Shown in pieces: positions 1-10,130 of a DNA stretch of 32,874 bases. Source of the DNA: Welwitschia mirabilis (taxonomy: Eukaryota); contig JBOZIK010000001.1 in NCBI GenBank assembly GCA_051453625.1, forward strand, positions 18,807,585 through 18,840,458. The letters are read 5' to 3'. The notes under the pieces were generated by a model. That model was not told where the DNA came from and ran no database searches. It was given only the letters and a program-made list of their open reading frames with translations. A program made the translations under genes and the position numbers. Positions within the stretch are counted from its first letter, which is position 1. Each line of letters starts with the position of its first letter.

Positions 1-170
1 AAAAAGGCCCTTCTCCAAAGCGCTTCGTTTGAATGGCTCCGAAACGTTCTTCCAAATCTGCCGGGCCCCTTTCCTCTGCTGCAGAATCTTTAGGCGACGA
101 TGCCACCAGAAGTTGCCCGCATACCTTGTTAGTGTCGTTCCAGGTCCACCCGAACCACATTATAATCGTT
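1..170. promoter_or_regulatory. CpG-retaining GC-rich segment, possible promoter/5' region of a gene lying outside the window to the left
   Basis: About ten CpGs in the first 160 nt (cgcttcg, ccgaaacg, ccgggccc, ggcgacg, cccgc, gtcg, cccga), whereas the rest of the window is strongly CpG-depleted. Contains GGCCC site-II-like motifs. Function is inferred only. Confidence 0.3.
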
Positions 171-718
171 GTTTTATTGATATTATTCCTTTATTTTTTA
201 AATAATGTATTTCCCTTTTTTGATCAGAAATTTGTAGGTCACAATAACTGTAAAGTGGTAAAAAAGATGGTTTTTATTTTATACGTGAGTTTAATTTCTT
301 TTACCCTTTTACTATAGTAGTAGCCAAAGATGCGCATTTATAGCTACGTAAAGTAGGTTAGTTATCTAAATTTTATTAAGTTATTTATTAGGAATAATTT
401 AAGTATTAGTATTCTAAGCCTATAAATATTCCACGATAATATCCTTTTTAAAGCTAAAAGGTATCTTTTGTAAAATATTTAAAAAGTTCTTAAAAATATT
501 TTAACTGATTAAAAACTATTTACAACTAAAATTAATTTTTTTAGTATGTCTATAAGACCCTTAGGATCTGCTCGCCCAAAGAAATGTATTTACATAAGCC
601 TTAACGATTTCATTTATAGAAGTGATGAGTCTTTTTGTGTAAAACTTAAAATAATTAACAAAATTATAGGCTTTAATGTTTTATTTACTTCATATGTTAT
701 CTGTTAGAAGACATTTAA

Positions 719-1560
719 GGGAATGAGATGGAGAATACGAGAGGAAGAGTGTGCAACAATGGTAGCAGGAGGAATAGATTTCATAGGCGATGTGGTGAGA
801 AGCTGCGCAAGGAGGAGAAGCTCTAGTTTCTTCTCTTGGAGAGAGTGGTAGAAGAGGAAAACATGTCTTGGCTAGAGGGCTTCGACCTAAAGGGAGGTAG
901 CATGTTAGGGTGCTAGCAAACAGGGAGATAAGGTTATCAAAAAAGGGCCCTCACAGGTAAGTTTTTCATGTTCATGGCTTCTCATGCAGTGAAATTTTTC
1001 TATGAAGAGGACAGTTTAAGGCTTCTCCTAAGCACTATAGTAATGCAAAGGAAAGGTTCAAGTTTAATGTAATAGGGCATTTTGTGTCTCTAGTCCTCGA
1101 CCAAGCATCAAAGCCATTAGAAAATGGGTGACTTTGAGACAAACGAGAATCAAATCTATTTAAGGGATAGATTTAGTAGGGGAGTTAGTCTTACTCAAGT
1201 TTGAATCAGAGGAGGTTGGTCTTATTCAAGTTTGAATCAGAGGAGGATTTGCCTAGCATAATGATAAGGAGGTCATGATTCTTTAGGGCAAGGGTCTAGC
1301 CTTGGCTCAATGGAAGTTGGAAGAAGAACACTAGAAAAATCTTTTACATGTTATCAACTTGGGTTGAAGTACAAGGAATTAATCTAACACTATGATATTA
1401 ATATTTCATCTAGGAGTTAGTAAGTTAGTTTGAAGAACTGATAAAGCTAAACCCACTAGCTCTTAATAGTACAAGAATAGTCCTTCAGTACAAAAGTTTT
1501 GACATCATTATTTACTTATGCTTCTATAGAAGGTTCAAATCCTTCCTCAATAATAGTCTA
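719..1560 (+). pseudogene. Degenerate L1-type LINE 5' end/ORF1 (DUF4283-like RRM region), 3'-truncated
   Basis: Purine-rich 5' leader. Peptides VLFKFESEEDL (~1219-1251), an LAQW-like stretch (~1300-1315) and WVEVQGINLTL* (~1360-1395) follow the plant LINE ORF1 pattern F.F.F...ED...W...VWV.L.GLP..W. Many stops and frameshifts. Confidence 0.7.
1187..1247 (+). repeat. 31-bp tandem duplication within the LINE ORF1 remnant
   Basis: gtcttactcaagtttgaatcagaggagg is followed by gtcttattcaagtttgaatcagaggagg. Confidence 0.9.
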
Positions 1561-1697
1561 ATAATTAAAACTCATGGATTTAATGAAAGAACTTGTATTC
1601 TAGTCTTTCATGGCTTGTAGTTATCTCCATTAAAATATGGAGGATTGTTTGAATTTTTGTTAAACAATCAAATAACAGCAAAAACACCTATACCAAA

Positions 1698-1709
1698 GCT
1701 CTAATACCA
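1698..1709 (-). other. Primer-binding site (tRNA-iMet), one mismatch
   Basis: + strand gctctaatacca = TGGTATTAGAGC on minus, versus canonical TGGTATCAGAGC. Confidence 0.75.
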
Positions 1710-2419
1710 ACTACTAGGTCTAGCTAACCTAGAGAGGTGGGGTAAATATGATAGCTAAGGTAGTTTTTGCAATTTGAATGTTTAATACTATGTTTGCATG
1801 AAGTAAACTATCAACCAATCCATAATGTCTAGTGTCAATTTAACTATGATAATAATTCATGTAATTAACAATTAACATAACAATTTAAGTACATGAATTT
1901 GATTAAATGATAAAGTGCAATAGACATAAGGTAATGAAAACAAGTCTATTTTTCTTTTTACAAGTATAGCCTATAACGACACTCTAATGGGACTTTGTGA
2001 TAGTCCTCTACTAATACAATTGGGATTTTATGGCAATCCTTAGCCTTCAAGTCAAATATACTTTACAATAGTCCTTCACCTTACAACAATATTTTATAGT
2101 AGTTCTCAACCTCCAATTGAGCTCAAATAGCTTCAATTACAATTAGAGAGGATAGAAATAATAGGACAAGATAAAAGATGTGTTGTAATACTATTAAACC
2201 CAACAGTGAGAGATTCAATCCTTCTATATGTTTGTGCATCAGTATTTATAAGTACAATTATGTTTACATTATATAAAGGATAAATTCTATATGTTAAAAA
2301 TCATGATTTCAAGTTATGTAACTATTGGAACCTCCAAAATAGTTAAGTAGTTGTCCAATGTTTTTGTCCAACAGTTAAGTGTGCTCTCCAATGGCTATTT
2401 TCGTTAATGATTATACTGG

Positions 2420-2740
2420 TGGTCGAACCCTTTGAAATACTAGTTAACCTTTTCTTTTACATTTCCGTTTGTGTGTTAAGCAATCGACCTTTGATAGAAG
2501 TTGTTTGATCTCATCCCTGGTTGATCTTGTTCTTAATCAGTCAACCCCATCATGAAAATGACATATTTGAAAGACTCTTTAGGTGGTAAACCCTCTAATA
2601 TAATAGATCAACCTTGTATTAAAAATTTAATTTTAGGTACAGTGGCAGTCAACCCATTAACGGTAGGTGGTCAACCTCCTATTGAAAATCTGCACTTAAC
2701 TACAATAGGCGGTTAATTCCCCAGTAATAAACAGTTGACC
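2420..2740. repeat. Array of decayed GGTCGACC-type palindromic motifs in the SIRE-like LTR U3
   Basis: ggtcgaacc 2421, atcgacc 2483, ggttgatc 2519, agtcaacc 2539 and 2647, gatcaacc 2606, ggtcaacc 2669, agttgacc 2732. GTCAAC and GTTGAC are the two CpG-deamination products of GTCGAC. Confidence 0.65.
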
Positions 2741-3222
2741 ATTTAAGTGATTTTTCCTTTTTTTCTTCTTCTTATTTGTGTGCCTAAAAATCCAAACATT
2801 CTTCAAGGCCTACATAAATAATATAAACATTAGATTTAATTTATTAAAATTTAGTTTGTCATTAATTAACAATCAATAGGTGCAATAGATTCTTGAGTTC
2901 TTCTTCAATCTAGTCACCTAATAGAATCAATATGACATGGCAGTATCAGTGGATGAGCATAGACTCAAGATGTGTTTAGTGATTATATCTTTCAAAACAA
3001 TTCCCAAAATATTTTAGCCCTTAAGTATTAATTAATTATTCAAAAGTTTTTCCAATGAATTTTCATTATTCCTTTTATACTTCTTAAGTGAAATAGTTAG
3101 CTAATCTAAAGAAATAACTGTTTGAAATAGTTTGAATACTATCTATTATCTATAAATGACTAGTATCCATTATCTAATGGATATCTTTATTTTACATCAG
3201 TTTTCAAGATAGACGTTTGTAA

Positions 3223-4366
3223 TATCAGCAAAAGCCTGATGAGCCTAGTTGATTTATGCTGACTTGAATTGAAGATGTCTTTGATGTTAAAAGACATCTA
3301 TAGGATGCACATGTGTCTTTGACCTGTTAGATATTTTTTCGAAGTTCAATAATTTGATAAAATATGTCTTTGATGTGTTAGATGCCTATCCTAAAAGTTC
3401 TACTCTCTGTAATCAAATTTCTATTCTACAAAGATGTCTTTGAAATTAGTGGATGTCTATCCTTTTAATGACTTGAAAATTGAGTTATGTGAAGACATCT
3501 TTAAGGATGAAAGATGTCTATTTCATGGATCATACATGTCGATCTTCTGAAAAATGTTTATCCTGCAAGTTAGTTTTAAAAGAAGGTCTGAAAAACATTG
3601 GAACAAAGTTCAATGGTGAAATCTGAAGGCTACCTCATCTACTACCATGTCTAGGACAAATATAACACTTCAAAGGTGAATTTAAATCCTCAAAAACATC
3701 ATTCTTTTATGATCTTTGATCAAATGCGAAAATATTTTCTTCTTTTTACAACATAACACAAAGAACTCTTCAAATGATCAAATCCTTTAAGAACTCTTAA
3801 AGATCATTAATTTTTGACTGAATTTCATAAGTCTGAGTTTGAATCTTTTTTATTTGATGATATGAACGCTTATTTCATCAAAATAATCTGAACTTTAACA
3901 AATCTCAATTTATTTAAATAGCAAATGAACCTGTAATTGAAGTATGAACATCATCAAGCTGAATTCACTTAAGCTACTGAAACATCTATTATTGTTGAAG
4001 CTTATTAAAGTGGAAATGGAGAGTTTATCAATATTTCAATCACTAAACCAAGCATCAAGTACAAAATGGAGCATAAATGGAGCACACTAAGATTAGTCTT
4101 CAATTTGGCAGAATTGTATTCATATCTTTAAGAGATATCAAGCTTTTATGCCTATGTACATTCTTTTATACTTGAAGTGGATGACATTTCATTCCACCTC
4201 ATCAATGTGGCATAAATCCCTTTTCTTTTTCTTGAAAAATGATTTCTTAAAAATTATGTTAACACAACATAGAAAATAAACCTATCTAAGTAATTAACAC
4301 TAAGGCACACATGAAGAACAACATGTACAACATTATAATGGTCACGTCAGACCACATAATATGACA
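3223..4366 (-). repeat. Copia 3' LTR (~1.14 kb)
   Basis: Colinear direct repeat of 18123-19248 (9 differences in a sampled 59 nt, mostly transitions). + strand ends ...atatgaca; the left terminus TG has mutated to TA. Confidence 0.92.
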
Positions 4367-4377
4367 ATCCCTTCTTT
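4367..4377 (-). other. Polypurine tract of the Copia element
   Basis: Minus strand AAAGAAGGGAT lies immediately before the 3' LTR start TGTCATAT. Confidence 0.75.
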
Positions 4378-4399
4378 GGGATGATGTGATCAAAATTGA

Positions 4400-5450
4400 C
4401 ATCTTCAACTTGAATCAAATTTAGCTTTGAAAGAAAAATTCTTCATCTTAAATGGAGGTAGATTCTTTTTCATGAGATTTGCCCATTATTCTTGAGCTGA
4501 AATGTACATAAGCCTTATAACTCCTTCCATGAATTTGTCTTTGATGAAATAGTATTTGATTTCAATGTGCTTTGACTTCTTGTAAAGGATATGCTCTTAA
4601 GAAAGTAAAATGACTAGCATGTTGTTAACAAACATATCAATTGGTGTCTTCACATTAATTTGCAGTTGTTCAAACAATTTCAAAATCTGTAATACATGTT
4701 GCAAAGCATCAGTCATAGAAATATATTTAGCCTCAGTTGACAATGAAATTGAGGTTTATTTTTAACTTTTCCAATAAATTGGATTATTGTCTTGAAAAAT
4801 TTTGGTCCCTAAAGTGGATTTTCTATCATTTGGACTTCCACTCCAATCACTATCAGAAAAATAATGTAATCTTCCATCTTCGTTTTCAAATTTTAATCCA
4901 TAATTCAAAGATTCCAACACATACCTCAGAATGTGTTTTAATGCAATCAAATGATTGTCTCTTGGTTTAGCCATAAATCTACTCATAAATAAAGTTGCAA
5001 ACTCAACATCTAGTCTAGTATGATAAAGAAACCTAAGAGAATCAATTATACTTCTATCAAGTGATGCATCAATTCTTACTGAGCTATCCTTTTTATTAGT
5101 TTTCAAATTATAAGGCAAAGGTATTGATGTTACCTTTGCATCATGAAGACCATACTTGTTCATGATGGCTTATTTAGAGTTACTTTGATGTATGCACATA
5201 TAGTCTTCTCCTCAGTTAACTTGAATGCTAAGAAAATACTTTAAAATTCAGAAATCTTTTATCTCAAATTCATATGTCATATCTTTTTTAAATTCATCAA
5301 TTAAATTTTGAGAGGATGTAAAGGATACAATATCATCAACATAAAGAGAGATCATAACGAACTCATCATTTTCATGCATGAAATATAATGTGGGCTCCAA
5401 AATGCATGATTTGTATCTTCTTTTAATAAGGTAATCATTGATTCTCTTAA
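4400..5450 (-). pseudogene. pol: Copia pol, C-terminal part of RT plus RNase H (degenerate)
   Basis: KRINDYL..., SLYVDDIV (~5328-5350), ORF 4762-5163 with SLRFLYHTRLDVEFA...HLIALKHILRY...DSDWSGSPNDRKST, and KHIEIKYYFIKD (~4537-4573). Confidence 0.9.
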
Positions 5451-5455
5451 ACCCT

Positions 5456-7377
5456 TATCATGTCCAAACTTTTAAGATCCAAAGACTTAGCTTAAAAATT
5501 TAATTAAAATAATTTTGTTGTTATAGAGTCCTTAAGCTAAATTAGTTATTATACTTATTATTACTATCATTGAGATATATTATGAAAAATTTATGCTACA
5601 ACCTTTTATTTTAAGTCCTTTTATTTGACTAGCCATATATTATTATTATTGTAAATTCTTGGTAATTAAACATGATCTTTTGTGTCTAAGGTAGTGGTTA
5701 AAGTTGTGGCTATGTTAGTGGCTAAGTTAATAGTTTCATTATTTTCCTCATTTAATTGTTGTACTTTTCCTTTATTTAAATATGTAAACTATAGTTATGA
5801 GGTGGCTCATTTTATTCCTTATTTAATAAGTGCATTACTATTTACTATGATGAAATATTATGCACCCAGTGGCTTGGTAAGGTAACGGAATCCCCACAAC
5901 CTTGACCACTTCCACCACCTTCACCACTTCCATCACATCACTTCCATTACTTCCATTCCTTTACCACTTACACCACCTTTACCACTCTCTTTTATGATGA
6001 TGTCTCTCCACATCCTACATCCTCTACTATAAAAAGAATCTTTTTCTCCTCAAATTTCATATCTTGAGAAAGATCTTACCATTGAATCTTGCGACCTTAA
6101 TCTTGAAGCTTGGAAAAGCCTTGGAGCCTTGGAATCTTTAGAAGTTCTCAACTCTTCTTTTAATTTCGATTATGATTTATGGCTTAATCTAATTTCTTGT
6201 CTTGTTTGTACTTTAAGTATATTTATTGTATATTCTTTGCTTACTTCTTGCATTCCTTTCTGTTTGTTATGCCTGCATCCATTAAAATCTTGTTTATTAT
6301 TTTTCATACTGTTGAGAGCTTGTAAGTTATATTCATATATTATACATCATGTATCATATTTTGCTTAGGATTCTTCCATCTTGACCCTTCCCATAATAAT
6401 TTGAGCTAGTGACCATTTGTTGACCTATAATTGATATATTCTAGATCACTGAAAAATTTTCCTAGAGAGTAAAGGGGTGAAAAATGATCCCCTCTAGGCA
6501 TGTTGATTAGATTCCAATAATTCCTCCAGAGAGTAAAGGGGTAAATTATCCCTTTTGGAGATATGTGCATCTAGATTTTCATAAATTTATATGAGGTATT
6601 GGTTACATCTTGCAATGCATTTTAAATTATTTGACAGTACATCTTGGATTGTTTGACATTGCACTCTTGGATTCTATTAATTGGGATAGTGCATACTTGT
6701 ATTTTATTGACTATACAATCCTAAATGATGCATTCTTGGATTAGTAGAACTTGAATATTACAGTCTTGGACTATTGAAACTTGGAATACCATTCTATATT
6801 ACTTATGGATCACAAAGTTTGATTTTCTATACTGGTATATTCTAAACTTGGATTTGTTTCATGTGCATTATGTACCCTGATGCATTGGTTATATCCTTTA
6901 AGTTTTTATCATCTTCCTTTCTACCCTTCATTACTTGGTCCATACTAGGGATTGTGATGACTTCACAATTCTCATATCATATTATTTGTGTAGATTTAAA
7001 TTTTAATATGAATTTTGGTCCTTTAGAAAGAAGTACTTGTTGCTAATGGTTTAGGATACTTTTGCTACTTAGTTTATGCTTTATGAATTTTAGGTTATAA
7101 CATGTGAAAGAGTACTATTATTGTAAATTTTCTATGAATTTTATGTAAACATTGTAACTCTCCTATTTTACTATGAAATTATTTTAAATTTAACTTATTC
7201 TTCATCATGTTATTGTCATGTTGTAATTACCTCTTTATAATCACATTTTGGTATTAGATCGAGATTTTGTTTAAAGCATGATAAATTTTTAATTTAGTGT
7301 ATAGCCTTAATGAGAAATATTGAAAACATCACATTAAGTAACATTTAGAGTTTTAGATTAAAAATTAGAACATTACA
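5456..7377 (+). repeat. Gypsy-like 5' LTR (~1.92 kb)
   Basis: Starts TATCATGTCC (TGTCA in the third copy at 32617) and ends ...CATTACA. Colinear with 13013-15004. Has a CCA-rich tract and a TATA near 6027. Confidence 0.92.
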
Positions 7378-7380
7378 TTT

Positions 7381-7392
7381 TGATATTAGAGC
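7381..7392 (+). other. Primer-binding site (tRNA-iMet, 2 mismatches) of the Gypsy-like element
   Basis: TGATATTAGAGC three nt after the LTR end CA. Confidence 0.75.
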
Positions 7393-8140
7393 CTAGGTTG
7401 TGATTTCAATAAGAATAATTGTTATGAAATCATTATATGTTTCAACATCAAAACTCAGGTTGTGATTACACTAGGCATAATTGCTTACACGTATATCTTA
7501 TGGGGGAATGCGATGAAGTATAGTGAACATAGGACTAGATTAAATATTATGAATGTTATGAAGATACTTAAAATAGGATTACAACATCTATCATTATACA
7601 ATTCAGAAACTAGCAACTTGTATACAGTTGATGAATTAGAAAAGATTTCCATTTACAATTAGAATGTAGTACTCACATTTTTATCTAGTTATAAAAGTCA
7701 GATATAAGAATCACAAAAGTATTAAAGCACTTATTTTTGTGGCTTATCTGTATCTTGGTGAAACAGAGAAAAATTGATCGGTTTATCAACCATTACTTAT
7801 TTAATTAATAGCTTGAGCAAAATAAGTTTTCTTGTTAAGAATTCTAGGTTATTTATGAAAATAACTAGTGCTCAATTATGATAGTAATAAATCATGTTAG
7901 TTGTAAAATACATGACTATGAAAAGTTAAAATCATGTGAATTGGTAGGGGAGGATTTAAAAAGCTTCTTGGATGCTTATTGATACATGTGAATTTGTGAT
8001 GCATGCACTAACAAATACAATCATAGAAACATATAAAGAAACCATTAAAGATGAATTTCTAGTTGTTGAAATCCATTTACCTCTAAATAGCATAGTGGAC
8101 CTTTACTCATTTTTTATTTTGATCTTTCTGCATTGCACAG

Positions 8141-10130
8141 ATGTTGGATTGACATGGACACCAAAGATGTTGATGGCAATTATCACAGCAGCAAAAGGTA
8201 TAAGCCTGTGCACTAATGTGGCTATCATAAGTTCCTTCGAGGAGCTAGTGTTGTCACTGCTCATCATCGAATATCCCATCCCAAATCCTTCAACTATCAA
8301 ACAAAGATCAGTGTCTGCTAACATGGACCTAAAACATTCCTTTGATTCAAAAACATAGAGTAGAGTTATTTACTTGACTATAAATTGACTCATATCTTCT
8401 TAGCTTTGTCTTTAATAAGAGGAACAACTCCTCGCACTTACTAATTTTGGATGCCAATGACATCTTGTGCTTTGTGTCTTATCCTTTAATCACAAAAAAG
8501 GGCAGTTACCTTGGAGCTTTGTCACACTATTAAAGGTGTAACAATTCATAGGTAGCTCCTTTGCAATAACTAACTTTAACGTGCAGCATTCTAAGGAAGC
8601 CAAAGACTCTATTGGATACTCCATGATATATTTATAGAAGCCCAGTTAATCTCAACACTTAACAAGTATCAGGCTCTATCATAAATTGTTTTGTAGATAA
8701 AAGTTACACTCCCTTTTGGAAAATCTTAAGATTATCTAAGAATGCAGGATAACCATAAATTTGACAAGTTTAGAGACTTTAAAGTAGCTTCAAGTAACAA
8801 TGAAAGCCTGATCCATCATGGTATACAAATATCAATTGAAAAAGAAAGGCAGTGTTACATCTGTTAATAACATTTTACAAGCTATGGAGGTGATAAGTCA
8901 TTGTAAGATTTGCAAAGGCCATTATTATCATGATTCTACTACCATGTCAATCAAAGATTTATTATATTTTTAAGTTATTAAACAAAATTCACATCAACAA
9001 CGTCCCTATTATGATGATCATGAGAAATGGGATCATAAGAGATAAGGACAAAACAAAAATAAACAACCCCCTCAAACCTCATTACAGAATGTTTCACCCA
9101 TAAAAATATGCTACTACCTAAGAGTTATGCAGGATTTAATTTTCTTAAAATGTTTGTTATTAAAAAATGCTTAATAAATCATTAAGAGGTTTGCATTATG
9201 AAAGGATTGTATGGCTATCTTAGGAGTTGAGTGGATGAATGAGTAAGTAGGTTGCTACATCATCATTTGGGCCATCGTGCTTTAGAGTCACATCCTTTTT
9301 TTTTTTTTTGTTTTGAGAAGCAACCTTTTAAATAGCATGTTGTTTGACTTTCTTTTAAAGTATTATTATATCCATTCTCCAAATTAAAGAAAGGAAGATA
9401 TTAAAAATAGTAAAGTAGATATCAGAAGGCTTACAGAGTTTAGGCACTCTGTTCTCATCTCGAAAAAATTCCAAATGATCCAAACACCCCAAGAAGAAAT
9501 TCCAATGGCAAATGGTAATCATGCAACATTAGTGGAGTAAACTTTATTAAATAGCTTTTGCTAAGCTTGAAGGAAATAATCCTGTTGATGCTACTTAGCA
9601 TAGGGAAGAAGTATATGCATAAACAGTGTAGGGTTGAAAGAAGTTTGATGAACATATTAACTTATGCAAAAGTCAGAATCTGCATCCTAATAAACTTCTT
9701 CCAATAGAGATTGGTGCAAGAAGAATAGTTTCAGGTACGACTTTATACTAAGATTTGAGTAAAGTTGTTTTTAGACAATGTGCTTCCATTTCTAAGGTTC
9801 CTTTGTCCTTCTTCAAAAAAAAATTACATTTAGTCATTCTCTATGCTTCAAAAATTAAAAGATGTCTTTGAGATACTTAAGATATAATAGTCTTGATTTA
9901 GCTGACCTAGTCTACTATCTCAAACAAAGAAAGGAAACTGAGTTAACCATCATTTATTTCCATTAATGAAAGTTTCTTTTTTTTTTTTTGTTTTTGTTGG
10001 AGGATATAGATAAGTCAATATTATTCCATGTTGAATTTCCAATCTTGCCTTATCAAGTTAGCCACGTAACTTTAATAGTCTTTAAAATTGGTAGTTGTGA
10101 TTTTTATTATAGGATAATACCCGTATTTTT
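8141..10130 (+). pseudogene. Multi-exon intron-containing pseudogene, tentatively Ulp1/C48 peptidase-like (MULE/CACTA-type cargo gene)
   Basis: Candidate GT-AG exons 8141-8197, 8587-8665, 8748-8820, 8882-9242 and 9361-9734 join in compatible phases with no frameshift (~314 codons, 15 stops). Peptides ILRKPKTLLDTP*YIYRSP and DCMAILGVEWMNDIII (compare Ulp1 L....WLND.II). A further exon from 10003 reads DIDKSILFHVEFPILPYQVSHVTLIVFKIGSCDFYY (compare D..IF.PI....HW.L.V). Its phase link is unresolved and I found no clear Q..DCG motif. Confidence 0.5.

Larger units (their letters stand above)
1575..2887 (-). mobile_element. Truncated Sirevirus(SIRE)-like Ty1/Copia fragment: 5' LTR (~1712-2887), PBS and gag N-terminus
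   Basis: Minus-strand PBS TGGTATTAGAGC (1698-1709). The LTR 3' end resembles the Sirevirus C-rich signal (+ strand ctagagaggtggggtaaata). TATA CTTATAAATACT at 2241-2252 (minus). Palindromic repeated motifs lie upstream of the TATA. Gag start NNPPYFNGDNYKP*KTRIQV (1584-1649). Right LTR boundary is approximate. Confidence 0.7.

Noticed and set aside
33..317. 94-aa ORF MAPKRSSK...
   Set aside because: Its hydrophobic second half simply reflects T-rich sequence, and no recognisable domain is present.
3270..3560. Regularly spaced short palindromes superficially like a CRISPR array
   Set aside because: The motifs are 8-10 nt with ~10-nt gaps, duplicated as part of LTRs in eukaryotic DNA, and no cas genes are present.
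7495..7585. PPT-like TGGGGGAA-TG and LTR-end-like AAATAGGATTACA suggesting a mini-LTR/TRIM
   Set aside because: I found no second copy, PBS or TSD.
7972..8358. 128-aa + ORF and the overlapping 73-aa - ORF (8103-8324) as standalone genes
   Set aside because: They run through an apparent polypyrimidine/acceptor and donor site. The region is better explained by a 57-nt exon.
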